From Anaerohalosphaeraceae bacterium (GTDB taxonomy: Bacteria; Planctomycetota; Phycisphaerae; Sedimentisphaerales; Anaerohalosphaeraceae), in contig JBNRMN010000033.1 of the NCBI GenBank assembly GCA_050309605.1, positions 128,001 through 192,000 on the forward strand: 64,000 bases of DNA. Direction: 5' to 3'. Under the pieces are notes generated by a model, which saw only the letters and a list, made by a program, of their open reading frames with translations, had not been told where the DNA came from and searched no databases. The translations under genes were made by a program, and so were the position numbers. Positions 29,412 to 39,204 of this stretch are shown piece by piece; position 1 is the stretch's first letter, and every line of letters begins with the position of its first letter.

Positions 29412-32285
29412 GTGAGTGAGCCGAAAGTCATTCGCATTACCGGTGCGGCTGAGCATAATCTCAAGGCGATTGATGTCCAAGTCCCGCGCGATCAAATGGT
29501 CGTCATTACCGGTATCAGCGGCTCAGGCAAGAGCAGCCTGGCCTTTGATACGATCTATGCCGAGGGACAACGCAAATACGTCGAGTCGCTCAGCGCCTAT
29601 GCCCGCCAGTTTCTGGAGCAGATGCAAAAACCGCAACTTGAGCATATCGAAGGCCTGCCGCCGACGATTGCCATCGAGCAGCGCAGCGCCTCGAGCAATC
29701 CGCGCTCGACCGTGGCAACGACCACCGAAATTTACGACTATTGCCGATTGCTGTTTGCCCGCGCCGGCACGCCGCACTGCTGGATCTGCGGGCGCGAGAT
29801 TACCAGCCAGCACACCACCCAGATCGTCAACGCCGTTATGGCGCATCCGGAAGAGACTCGACTGCAAATCTGTGCGCCGCTGATTCGCGGCCAGAAGGGC
29901 GAGCATCGCGACATCTTCGTGCGAATTCAGCGCGAAGGGTTTGTCCGCGTCCGCATTGACGGCGTGGTGTATGACATTAAAAATATCCCCAAACTGGACA
30001 AAAACAAAAAGCATGAGATCGCCGCTGTGGTGGATCGTCTGATTATCAAAGACAGCGTGCGCGTGCGTCTGGCCGACTCGATTGAAACGGCCCTGAAGAT
30101 CGGCGACGGGGTGGTCATCCTGATGCTTCAGGAACCTGATGACAACAAAAACAACGGCAGCAACGGCCATTGGCAGGATGTGCTCTTCAGCGAAAAATAT
30201 GCCTGTCCCGATCATCCGGAGGCGTCGCTGGCTGAACTGAGTCCGCGGCTGTTCAGCTTTAACAGCCCCTACGGGGCGTGTCCGGCCTGCGACGGACTGG
30301 GGACTATTTTGGAGTTTGACCCCGATTTGATTGTACCGGACAAGAGCATCTCGCTTGAAAACGGCGCCGTCGAGGCGTGGCGCAAAGGCGGCAAACGAAT
30401 GAATATCTATTACAATCGCCTCATCAAGCGGTTCTGCCGCAGTTTCGGTGTCAGCAAAAGCGGCCCCTACAGCGAACTGCCGGCGGCCATTCGCAAGATT
30501 CTGCTGTACGGTACGACCGATGAAGAGCAAGATACTTACGGCGCGTCGTTTGAAGGGGTCATTCCCAATCTCAAACGGCGCTGGGAGACCACCACCAGCG
30601 AATATGTCAAGGCGCGCCTGCATGGGTATCTGTCCGAGCAGCCGTGCAAAAGCTGCGGCGGCGCGCGGCTGCGTCCGGAAGCGATTGCCGTAACCGTCGG
30701 CGGAAAAAGCATCTGCGATGTGGTCACGATGAGCATTGAAGAAGCCGAACAGTTTTTCGATGCGCTGAAACTGGACGAAGAACAAACCCTGATCGCCGCC
30801 CAGCCGCTCAAAGAAATCCGCGCCCGCCTGAAATTTCTGATCGACGTGGGGCTGGGCTATCTGACGCTGGATCGGACCAGCCGCACGCTGTCCGGCGGTG
30901 AGGCCCAGCGCATTCGTCTGGCGACTCAGGTTGGCAGCGGACTGGTCGGCTGCTGCTATGTGCTGGACGAGCCGACGATCGGCCTGCACCGTCGTGATAA
31001 CACACGCCTGCTGAACCTGCTTCGCAAGCTGTGCGACATCGGCAATACCGTAATTGTGGTCGAGCACGACGACGATGTCATTCGCGCGGCCGACTATCTC
31101 ATCGACATCGGCCCGGCGGCGGGCAAACACGGCGGCGAGGTGGTCGCTGCCGGTTCTCTGGACGATATCTGCCGCCAGCCGCGGTCGCTGACGGGACAGT
31201 ATATCAGCGGCGCCAAACGCATTGAGATGCCCGAACGCCGCCGCAAGGTCGTGATGAGCAACAGCATCGAAATCCGCGGCGCCCGGGAGAACAATCTAAA
31301 AAATATCAACGTCAAATTTCCGCTGGGCGTTCTGACCTGTGTCACGGGCGTGTCCGGTTCGGGCAAGAGCACGCTGGTCACCGAAATTCTGCTCAAGGGA
31401 TTGATGCGCCGTCTGTACGGCTCGCGCGAAAAGCCCGGCCAACACAAAAACATCCTCGGCCTGAGCCGTATTGACAAGGTCATTCAGATCGATCAATCGC
31501 CCATTGGCCGTACCCCGCGCAGCAACCCGGCCACTTATACCGGCGTCTTTGACCAGATTCGGGCGTTGTTTGCGATGACCCGCGAGGCCAAGATTCGCGG
31601 CTATAAACCCGGGCGATTCAGCTTCAACGTGAAAGGCGGCCGCTGTGAATACTGTCAGGGGCAGGGCACCAAAAAGATCGAGATGCATTTTCTGCCCGAT
31701 GTGTTTGTGGTTTGTCAGGAGTGCAAGGGCAGCCGCTATAATCCCGAAACGCTGCAAATCACCTATAAGGGCAAGAACATCGCCGATGTGCTGGATATGC
31801 GCATCGAAGAGGCCAGGACGTTCTTTGGCAACTTTCCTAAGATTGTCCGGCTCATCAAGGCGCTAAACGATGTGGGGCTGGGGTATATGACGCTGGGCCA
31901 ATCCAGCACGACGCTGTCCGGCGGCGAAGCCCAGCGGGTCAAGCTGGCCTCGGAACTGGGCAAACCCGGCACCGGCCATACCCTGTACGTGCTGGATGAA
32001 CCGACGACCGGGCTGCATTTTGCCGACATTCACAATCTGCTCAATGTACTGCGCCGCCTGACGGATATGGGCAACACCGTCATCGTCATCGAGCATAATC
32101 TGGATGTGATCAAAATGGCTGATTATATCATCGACCTTGGCCCTGAAGGCGGTCTGCACGGCGGAGAAGTCATCGCCACCGGTGCGCCGGAAAAAATCAT
32201 CAAAAACAAAAACAGCTACACCGCCCGCTATCTCAAAGAAAAATTGCTGGAAGAGCAGCGCCTCAATGCACGCAGCAAGGCCTGA
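29412..32285 (+). CDS. uvrA: Excinuclease ABC subunit A
   Basis: Two ABC domains (GISGSGKSS / GVSGSGKST, LSGGEAQR x2, LDEPT x2) and Zn fingers. Confidence 0.97.
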   Translation: MSEPKVIRITGAAEHNLKAIDVQVPRDQMVVITGISGSGKSSLAFDTIYAEGQRKYVESLSAYARQFLEQMQKPQLEHIEGLPPTIAIEQRSASSNPRSTVATTTEIYDYCRLLFARAGTPHCWICGREITSQHTTQIVNAVMAHPEETRLQICAPLIRGQKGEHRDIFVRIQREGFVRVRIDGVVYDIKNIPKLDKNKKHEIAAVVDRLIIKDSVRVRLADSIETALKIGDGVVILMLQEPDDNKNNGSNGHWQDVLFSEKYACPDHPEASLAELSPRLFSFNSPYGACPACDGLGTILEFDPDLIVPDKSISLENGAVEAWRKGGKRMNIYYNRLIKRFCRSFGVSKSGPYSELPAAIRKILLYGTTDEEQDTYGASFEGVIPNLKRRWETTTSEYVKARLHGYLSEQPCKSCGGARLRPEAIAVTVGGKSICDVVTMSIEEAEQFFDALKLDEEQTLIAAQPLKEIRARLKFLIDVGLGYLTLDRTSRTLSGGEAQRIRLATQVGSGLVGCCYVLDEPTIGLHRRDNTRLLNLLRKLCDIGNTVIVVEHDDDVIRAADYLIDIGPAAGKHGGEVVAAGSLDDICRQPRSLTGQYISGAKRIEMPERRRKVVMSNSIEIRGARENNLKNINVKFPLGVLTCVTGVSGSGKSTLVTEILLKGLMRRLYGSREKPGQHKNILGLSRIDKVIQIDQSPIGRTPRSNPATYTGVFDQIRALFAMTREAKIRGYKPGRFSFNVKGGRCEYCQGQGTKKIEMHFLPDVFVVCQECKGSRYNPETLQITYKGKNIADVLDMRIEEARTFFGNFPKIVRLIKALNDVGLGYMTLGQSSTTLSGGEAQRVKLASELGKPGTGHTLYVLDEPTTGLHFADIHNLLNVLRRLTDMGNTVIVIEHNLDVIKMADYIIDLGPEGGLHGGEVIATGAPEKIIKNKNSYTARYLKEKLLEEQRLNARSKA

Positions 32286-32304
32286 CTAAGTAAACCAAAG
32301 GGCT

Positions 32305-32505
32305 TTAGCGTCGCCACGCGGCCTTGCGCACCATCAGCGGGGGCAACTGTTCGGGTTTGACGTGGTTCATATTCAGACGGACGCAGCTGTGCTGGCTCGG
32401 ATAGACCCGGATTTCGGGTATCAGTTCCTCCACCAGAGGAGGGAGTTTTTGCTGTTTTTTTTGCCGTTTGAACATGTTATCGTATTGTTTGCCGTTTTTT
32501 AGCAC
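32305..32505 (-). CDS. Possible small basic hypothetical protein
   Basis: 66-aa ORF filling the gap between uvrA and the divergent 32671 gene; no motif recognised. Confidence 0.3.
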   Translation of the reverse strand: MLKNGKQYDNMFKRQKKQQKLPPLVEELIPEIRVYPSQHSCVRLNMNHVKPEQLPPLMVRKAAWRR

Positions 32506-32670
32506 GAACCGTTTACAGGCCGCTGTCGTTGCAGACCGTTTTACCGTTGCTATATCGACTGACTTCGGGGGCGGCTTAATCGCCGAGAAGTGCTAAATTT
32601 CTTATTTGAATACTGTTCTTTTTCTGCCGGGACGGTATAATCGATACAAACGCAACTGAATGGAGAAACT

Positions 32671-33387
32671 ATGGAGTCCATCAATCGACAATCCAAGACG
32701 ACGGTTCACCTGAGCGTACAGTATGTGCTGGCCGGGGCCTGGACGCCCGAACGAGTGCGAACGGTCGAGTTTGAAAAGGCCCTGCTGGACAACGGCCTGG
32801 ATTTTGGCCAAACCCAATCGCGGGAAAATGCCTTTACATTGATTCGCACGCAGCCGTCGCACCTGCAAGTCAAGCTCGAATCGCCCGGTCCGCAGGTGGT
32901 CAGCCTGCTGGTCGTGGCCAACAATCCGCAGTATGAGCGGGAAATGTTCGGCAGGGACGCCGAGGCGGTCGTGCAGGCGTTTTCGCAGACCTGGCCGGCT
33001 GAGCACTATCAGATTTTGACGGTCAACTGCAAAATCCACCATCTGTACAGCGCCCAAACGCATGCGTTTCAGTATCTCTGGGAAGAGCGGCTGGCCCAGT
33101 CGCCGGAGGATTTTCGACTCCTGGGCGGCCGTCCTGTGGCCGGGGGGGGATTGCGGCTGGTCATGCCGCCCCATGCGATCAAAGGCGGCGAGCCGACCTC
33201 GATTGAGGTCCGCGTTGAATCCTTTCTGCGTGAGCCGAAAAAGGTCTTCATCGAGACGGCCTTTTCCTGGCCCAAACCCCGCATTATCAGCCCCGAACAG
33301 GGCTTCGACCCGTCGCGCTATATCGAACAAACCGAACAATTCGCCGCCGAAGAGGTCTGGAACTTCCTGACCCGACAGAGGGCATAG
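32671..33387 (+). CDS. Hypothetical protein
   Basis: 238-aa ORF, GGAG RBS, host-like codon usage. Confidence 0.7.
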   Translation: MESINRQSKTTVHLSVQYVLAGAWTPERVRTVEFEKALLDNGLDFGQTQSRENAFTLIRTQPSHLQVKLESPGPQVVSLLVVANNPQYEREMFGRDAEAVVQAFSQTWPAEHYQILTVNCKIHHLYSAQTHAFQYLWEERLAQSPEDFRLLGGRPVAGGGLRLVMPPHAIKGGEPTSIEVRVESFLREPKKVFIETAFSWPKPRIISPEQGFDPSRYIEQTEQFAAEEVWNFLTRQRA

Positions 33388-33481
33388 TTTTCAACAGGAA
33401 AAACAAGGAGGAAACGTGTAAATTGCGTGAAAAAACGCTTGATTTTTGTTTGATTTTCGCTATAGTCTTAAGTTTTATTGT

Positions 33482-33667
33482 TCTGCCGCATGGGGACGCG
33501 GGGTTGCAGGCCTTGGGTTGCGGGTCGAAACGGCTCGATTTTACCCCCTAACGGGGCTGACAGGTTTCGCAGCATGGTCAGCTCAAGCCTCCGGCAGACT
33601 CCGGTCGGTTCGCTTCTAAAGCGAACACTGCGACTTGCGTTGAATTCATCGCGTGCCGAAAGTCGCA
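33482..33667 (+). ncRNA. Candidate structured RNA upstream of tRNA-Gln
   Basis: Closing stem TCTGCCG/CGGCAGA with internal hairpins, two further hairpins, and a TTGATT-16-TATAGT promoter immediately upstream. Confidence 0.4.
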
Positions 33668-33706
33668 TAAGCTGTTTTGTTGAAAGGCTTTATCGTTTTT
33701 TTTTGA

Positions 33707-33778
33707 TACCCGGTGGTGTAATCGGTAACACAGAGGTTTTTGGTACCTCTATTCCAGGTTCGAGTCCTGGCCGGGTAG
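33707..33778 (+). tRNA. tRNA-Gln (anticodon TTG), CCA not encoded
   Basis: Acceptor TACCCGG/CCGGGTA, anticodon arm AGAGG-TTTTGGT-(A)CCTCT, T-arm CCAGG-TTCGAGT-CCTGG. Confidence 0.93.
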
Positions 33779-33824
33779 GTTTTTCCGGTAAAAAGGTAAA
33801 AGTTAAAAGGTAAAAGTACAGAAA

Positions 33825-34901
33825 ATGGTTGAAATTGCTGCTGTGATATTGGCCGCCGGGCAAAGCACTCGGATGAACACCCGTATCCCGAAGGTGCTGC
33901 ACGAGGTGTGCGGACGCCCGATGCTTGAGTGGGTCTTGTCGGCCTGCCGGGCGGCGGGAGTTACAAAGCATTATGTCATCGTTGGTTACGGCAAAGACCA
34001 GATCGTCGCCAAGTACCGCGATGACAGGGATGTGGTCTTTGTCGAGCAGACCGAGCAGCGCGGCACGGGACATGCGGTGATGTGCTGTCAGAACCACCTG
34101 AAGGATTTTTCGGGCTTGACACTGGTGCTGTGCGGCGATGCTCCGCTGATCCGCACGAAGACAATTAACATATTGATCGAAAAGCACTTACAGGAAAAAT
34201 CCGCGGTCACGCTGGCGACCGCCAAATTGAGCGACCCGACCGGCTACGGGCGGATTGTCCGCGACGGTTACGGCAATATCCAGGGCATCGTCGAGCACAA
34301 TGACTGTACGCCGGAGCAGCGGGTTATTTCGGAGATCAATCCGGGGTATTTCTGTTTCAATACGCCGCTGCTGCTGGGGGCGCTGAGCAAGATTACCCCG
34401 AATAATAAGAAAAATGAGTATTATCTGACCGATGCGCTGCACATTCTGCTGGCTGACGGATGCAAGGCCACGGCAGTGACTGCGGTGGCCGAGGAAGACG
34501 CGATGGGCGTGAACAATCGTCAGCAGCTCTCGGCGGCCGGTAAAATTATGCAGCAGCGGATACAGGAACGGCTGATGGCCGACGGCGTTACGATTGTCGA
34601 TCCGGTCAACACGTGGATCGACGCCCGCGCCGAGATCGGTCAGGACACCATCATCGAGCCGTTTACCTATCTGCACGGCCCCATTAAAATCGGCGCCAAC
34701 AGTCGTATCGGTGCCGGCTGCGTAACAACCGATCCAACCGGCGAGGGCAAGGCCGCTATTGTCATCGGCAATGAGGTCTATATTGGTCCCGGTTCGGTGC
34801 TCAAGGCGCCGGCGTCGATAGAAGACGGCCGTATCGTGGCCCCCGGCTCGGTTATTGGAGATGCCCAACAGAAGATGTCCGGAGAGAACGCCGATGCTTA
34901 A
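33825..34901 (+). CDS. glmU: GlmU-like UDP-GlcNAc pyrophosphorylase with short hexapeptide C-terminus
   Basis: LAAGQSTRM...PKVLH, GTGHAV, GYGRIVR, EYYLTD, GVNNR. Confidence 0.85.
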   Translation: MVEIAAVILAAGQSTRMNTRIPKVLHEVCGRPMLEWVLSACRAAGVTKHYVIVGYGKDQIVAKYRDDRDVVFVEQTEQRGTGHAVMCCQNHLKDFSGLTLVLCGDAPLIRTKTINILIEKHLQEKSAVTLATAKLSDPTGYGRIVRDGYGNIQGIVEHNDCTPEQRVISEINPGYFCFNTPLLLGALSKITPNNKKNEYYLTDALHILLADGCKATAVTAVAEEDAMGVNNRQQLSAAGKIMQQRIQERLMADGVTIVDPVNTWIDARAEIGQDTIIEPFTYLHGPIKIGANSRIGAGCVTTDPTGEGKAAIVIGNEVYIGPGSVLKAPASIEDGRIVAPGSVIGDAQQKMSGENADA

Positions 34902-35844
34902 TCGTCCTTCCATTGTTTTTAGCGGCACGGCCAACCCCGACTTGACGCAGGCGATTTGCAGTTATTTGAACGTCAAGCCCGGCCGTCGAACCATCGAGCG
35001 GTTTCCGGACGGCGAAAAAATCATCAAGCTGGATTCCGAAGTCAGGGGACGGGACTGTTTTGTGGTGCAGCCGACCTGTGCGCCGGTTGACGAAAATCTG
35101 ATGGAGCTGTTGATATTTTTGGATTGTCTGCGTCGAGCCAGTGCCGACCGTGTCACGGCGGTGGTGCCGTATTACGGATATGCCCGTCAGGATCGCAAAG
35201 ACGCCGGTCGGGTTCCGATTACGGCCAAGCTGATCGCCAACATCATCACCGCTGCCGGAGCGGACCGGGTGCTGTCGGTGGATATGCACGCCAAGCAGCT
35301 TCAGGGGTTCTTTGATATCCCGATTGATCATTTGTCGGCCGAGCCGGTGATCATTGACTATCTCCGGCAAAAGAACATCGACAATCTGACGGTCGTTGCG
35401 CCGGATGTGGGCAATATCAAGACCGCGTCGCGGTATGCCACGGCGCTGGGGGGCGAGTTGGCCATCATTCACAAACGCCGGCTGACCGGCAAGGAAGTGC
35501 TGTTCGAAGAGATCATCGGCAATGTCAAAGACCGCAATGTTGTGATGGTGGATGATATGATTTCGACGGCCGGGACGATCTGCGGCGCGGCGCACATGGT
35601 CAAAAAGCTGGGCGCCCGCCGGATTCTGGCCGGGGCAACGCACGGCGTCTTTTCCCCGCCGGCGGTGGAACGATTTCAGTCGGCCCCCATCGATGAGGTG
35701 GTGGTCACCAATACGATTCCCGTCCACGAAGAATCGCGGCAAATCAAAAATCTGAAGGTGTTGAGCGTGGCCGAGCTGTTGGGTGAAGCCATCCGACGGA
35801 TTCATATGAACGAATCGGTCAGTTCGATGTTTTCGATGCCTTAA
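34894..35844 (+). CDS. prs: Ribose-phosphate pyrophosphokinase
   Basis: FPDGE, PYYGYARQDRK, DMHAKQLQGFF, VDDMISTAGT. Confidence 0.96.
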   Translation: MLNRPSIVFSGTANPDLTQAICSYLNVKPGRRTIERFPDGEKIIKLDSEVRGRDCFVVQPTCAPVDENLMELLIFLDCLRRASADRVTAVVPYYGYARQDRKDAGRVPITAKLIANIITAAGADRVLSVDMHAKQLQGFFDIPIDHLSAEPVIIDYLRQKNIDNLTVVAPDVGNIKTASRYATALGGELAIIHKRRLTGKEVLFEEIIGNVKDRNVVMVDDMISTAGTICGAAHMVKKLGARRILAGATHGVFSPPAVERFQSAPIDEVVVTNTIPVHEESRQIKNLKVLSVAELLGEAIRRIHMNESVSSMFSMP

Positions 35845-35898
35845 AAACCGTATTGTATAACGTCAACCCTAAATTTGATAATTGGTCATGAGGTTTGT

Positions 35899-36549
35899 AT
35901 GTCAACTGAAACAGTGAGTTTGAAAGCAGATATCCGGCAAAAAGCCGGATCCAATGAGGCCAGGCGTCTTCGCCGTGAAGGCAAGCTGCCGGCGGTTGTC
36001 TATGGTCACGGCCAGCCGTCGATGCCCATTGCGGTCAACGCGCACGACTTTGTGCGCGGGCTGCACCACGGTCATCGGCTGTTCAACGTTGATCTGGACG
36101 GCAAATCAGAAACCCTTCTGCTCAAAGACGTGCAATATGATTATCTGGGCAAGAATCTGATTCACGCCGATTTGATTCGCGTGGATTTGAGCGAACGGGT
36201 GACCGTGGAGGTTCCGCTGGAGTTTCGCGGCGTAGCCAAAGGCACGACCATGGGCGGCATTCTGGACGAAGTGATGACGCATCTTGAGGTGGAGTGCAGG
36301 GTGACCGAGATTCCCGATCTGATCCCCGTGATTGTCCGCGAGGTGGGACTGAATGAGGCGCTGCATGCTAAAGACATTGAACTGCCGTCCGGCTGTATCC
36401 TCAAGACCGATCCGGAGGCACTGGTGCTGATTTGCCACGAATCCAAGGCGGCTGCCGCGGCCGAAGAAGCCGAAGAAGCCGAAGCCGTCGAGACGGAAAC
36501 CGAGCCGGAAGTGATTACCGAACGCAAAAAGGAAGAAGCAGCCGAGTAA
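35899..36549 (+). CDS. rplY: 50S ribosomal protein L25 (Ctc type)
   Basis: RRLRREGKLPAVVYG, KDVQ, HADL. Confidence 0.93.
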   Translation: MSTETVSLKADIRQKAGSNEARRLRREGKLPAVVYGHGQPSMPIAVNAHDFVRGLHHGHRLFNVDLDGKSETLLLKDVQYDYLGKNLIHADLIRVDLSERVTVEVPLEFRGVAKGTTMGGILDEVMTHLEVECRVTEIPDLIPVIVREVGLNEALHAKDIELPSGCILKTDPEALVLICHESKAAAAAEEAEEAEAVETETEPEVITERKKEEAAE

Positions 36550-36582
36550 TCCGGCGGCTGTGTCGGATATGGGCGGTATGCC

Positions 36583-37278
36583 ATGGATGAGACGTTTGGT
36601 TATACGTTCCGCGAGGTACTGGCAGAGAAGGCTCAGTTGCAGCCTGCAACACACAGGCTGATTGTCGGTTTGGGCAATCCCGGTGCTGCGTATGATCTGA
36701 CGCGCCATAATGTGGGATTTATGGCGCTGGATGCGCTGGCCGAACGGCTGGGTGTGTCCATTCGGCGAAACGCGTTCAACGCCCTGACGGCTGAGGCGAG
36801 TATCGGGCCAAACAAGCTGATTTTGCTCAAGCCGCAGCAATATATGAATCGCAGCGGTCATGCGGTCGCGACCGTGGCGGGTTATTATAAAATTCCGGCT
36901 CAGGATGTGATCGTCGTGCTGGACGATATGGCGCTGCCGACCGGTCAGATTCGTCTGCGGGCCAAAGGTTCGGCCGGCGGACATAACGGTCTGAAAGACA
37001 TTATCGCGCGTCTCGGAACGGATGCCTTTGCTCGGCTGCGGATCGGCATCGGTCAGGCCGACGGCGGCGACGCGGCCGATTATGTCTTGAGCCGCTTTGA
37101 CCCGCAGCAGCGTTCGGCCATTGAACAGGCCCTCAGCCGCTGCGTTGAGGCGCTGTTGTGCTGGGTCGAGCACGATATTGAAACGGCGATGAACCATTTT
37201 AACAGCAAGGCGGACGCAAACGGCCAACACGCAAACCGCGGAGATGTGCCGCGGAATAAAACTGAACAGAACCCTTAA
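36583..37278 (+). CDS. pth: Peptidyl-tRNA hydrolase (start uncertain)
   Basis: LIVGLGNPG...TRHNVGF, KPQQYMNRSG, GSAGGHNGLK, RLRIGIG. Confidence 0.95.
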   Translation: MDETFGYTFREVLAEKAQLQPATHRLIVGLGNPGAAYDLTRHNVGFMALDALAERLGVSIRRNAFNALTAEASIGPNKLILLKPQQYMNRSGHAVATVAGYYKIPAQDVIVVLDDMALPTGQIRLRAKGSAGGHNGLKDIIARLGTDAFARLRIGIGQADGGDAADYVLSRFDPQQRSAIEQALSRCVEALLCWVEHDIETAMNHFNSKADANGQHANRGDVPRNKTEQNP

Positions 37279-37307
37279 ATGAAAGTACTCAATCGGAGGT
37301 ACGAAAT

Positions 37308-37781
37308 TTGGAAACAGCAGTAAAACGACTCTATGAAGGCTTGTTCCTGGTGGATTCGGCGATTGCCGCGGCGGACTGGCAGCTTGTCATCGACACGATT
37401 AACAGGATTCTTGCCAAGACCGAGGCCGAGGTCGTCTCGTTGCACAAGTGGGATGAGCGCAAGCTCAGCTACGATATCGGCAAAGTCTCGCGCGGCACGT
37501 ACATTCTGGTGTATTTCAACTGCGATCCGCTGCGGATCCATGAAATCGAGCGGGATGTTCAGCTTTCCGAGACGCTGCTTCGCGTGATGATCCTGCGCAC
37601 GGATCGGATGAGCCGGGAGGACATCGAAAAGCCCACGCCGATTATGGTTGCTGAGACACAGGCTCAGGCCGCCGCTGAGGCGCAAGCCCAGGCGGATAGC
37701 GACGCGACGGATGATGACGACGACGCGGACGACGATTTTGACGACCGCGACGACCGCGACGACCGCAATGACGTCGATTAA
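37308..37781 (+). CDS. rpsF: 30S ribosomal protein S6 with acidic C-terminal tail
   Basis: YEGLF, WDERKLSYDI, GTY, LLRVMI; TTG start after GGAGG. Confidence 0.92.
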   Translation: METAVKRLYEGLFLVDSAIAAADWQLVIDTINRILAKTEAEVVSLHKWDERKLSYDIGKVSRGTYILVYFNCDPLRIHEIERDVQLSETLLRVMILRTDRMSREDIEKPTPIMVAETQAQAAAEAQAQADSDATDDDDDADDDFDDRDDRDDRNDVD

Positions 37782-37839
37782 CAGATTCACAATGCCGGAT
37801 GTATTGGTCCGGAGCGGTTAAACCGGGAAAGGGACGGCC

Positions 37840-38310
37840 ATGGCCAATTTGAATAAAGTATTGCTGATGGGAAATTTGACCCGCGATCCGCAGTTGTCGT
37901 ATTTGCCCAGCCAGACGCCGGTAGTGGAGTTTGGCCTGGCGATGAATCGCCGGTTCAAAAAGCAGGACGGTTCGCTGGGCGATGAGACGTGTTTTGTCGA
38001 TTGCCGCATGTTCGGCAAGCGCGCCGAGACGCTGAATCGATACTTGAAAAAAGGCGAGCCGCTTTTCGTCGAAGGCCGTCTTCAGTATGACCAGTGGCAG
38101 GCGCCGGACGGCACTCGCAAAAGCCGACTTCGTGTGTTCGTCGAAAACTTTGAATTCATCGGCCGAGGCGGCGGCGGGCAGGGCGGACGCAGCAGCGGCG
38201 GCTACGGCGGCGCGGCATCGCCCGGCGGGTCGGCGGATATGGACAGCGGCGGCGGCGATATGGATGTGCCCTACGGCGCCGGCGGCCCGGATGATGATAT
38301 TCCCTTCTAA
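37840..38310 (+). CDS. ssb: Single-stranded DNA-binding protein
   Basis: NKVLLMGNLTRDP, Gly-rich linker, DDDIPF tail. Confidence 0.97.
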   Translation: MANLNKVLLMGNLTRDPQLSYLPSQTPVVEFGLAMNRRFKKQDGSLGDETCFVDCRMFGKRAETLNRYLKKGEPLFVEGRLQYDQWQAPDGTRKSRLRVFVENFEFIGRGGGGQGGRSSGGYGGAASPGGSADMDSGGGDMDVPYGAGGPDDDIPF

Positions 38311-38395
38311 AGGGAACAGAAAAACATCGTTACGTGTGATTGGCGATTGACTATAACTGATTAAGAACCCTAACCATAGGAACAGGACTTGTGTT

Positions 38396-38656
38396 ATGAG
38401 AATGATGAGAAAACCTACGAATGTTCGACGAAAACGGACATTGACCACCATTCGCGAGCAGACCCAGTGCCGATTTTGTCGCGAAGGCAAATCGTATATC
38501 GACTACAAAGATGTGGACACGCTCAGCAAGCTGCTGACCAATCGCGGCAAGATTTTTTCCCGCAAACGCAGTGGTAATTGCGCCGGTTGTCAGCGCAAGG
38601 TCAAGCGCGCCATCAAACGGGCGCGGTTTATGGCGCTGCTGCCGTACACCACCTAA
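38396..38656 (+). CDS. rpsR: 30S ribosomal protein S18 (Zn-binding form)
   Basis: CRFC...IDYKD...GKI...C..CQR...AIKRARFMALLPY. Confidence 0.95.
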   Translation: MRMMRKPTNVRRKRTLTTIREQTQCRFCREGKSYIDYKDVDTLSKLLTNRGKIFSRKRSGNCAGCQRKVKRAIKRARFMALLPYTT

Positions 38657-38715
38657 GCAAGTGCGTGGGGGTCACAAGCTGGATTGAAACTAATTTAAGA
38701 CACAGGAGTACCACA

Positions 38716-39204
38716 ATGAAGGTTTTGTTGTGCAGCGATATTGAAAAGCTGGGTTGGCTTGGCGATATAGTAGATGTAAAGAATGGGTATGCTCGGAATT
38801 ATCTGATCCCGCAGGGACTGGCGACGGTTCCCACCGAGGCGAATATCAAGTCGCTGGCCGACGAAAAAGCCCGTCGCGCCGAGGCCCGTCGGCTGGTGCG
38901 CGAACAGAAAGAACGTCTGGTTACGTCGGTTCAGGATGCCGAAGTGGTTCTCACGGCCAAGGCCAACGAACAGGGGCACTTGTTCGGTTCGGTGACCGAG
39001 CGTGATATTGCACAGAATTTGCGTCAACAAGGTTTTGACGTTGCGGATGAAATGATTAAAATGGACGGTCATATCAAGGAACTGGGCGTCAGTGAGGTGA
39101 CGGTTCGCGCGGCGGCCGACCTGACGGCGACGGTTCGAGTGGTTGTTAACTCACAGGAACAGACCGTTGACGCAGCGCAGGAAAGCAACAGCTCGGAGGC
39201 ATGA
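38716..39204 (+). CDS. rplI: 50S ribosomal protein L9
   Basis: LGWLGDIVDVKNGYARNYLIP, LFGSVT. Confidence 0.95.
   Translation: MKVLLCSDIEKLGWLGDIVDVKNGYARNYLIPQGLATVPTEANIKSLADEKARRAEARRLVREQKERLVTSVQDAEVVLTAKANEQGHLFGSVTERDIAQNLRQQGFDVADEMIKMDGHIKELGVSEVTVRAAADLTATVRVVVNSQEQTVDAAQESNSSEA

Noticed and set aside
33553..33575. GGGGCTGACAGGTTTCG resembles a tmRNA 5' end, and CAGG...GCAGC resembles SRP helix 8
   Set aside because: No TTCGAC continuation, tag ORF or tmRNA 3' end; the SRP apical GNRA stem is missing
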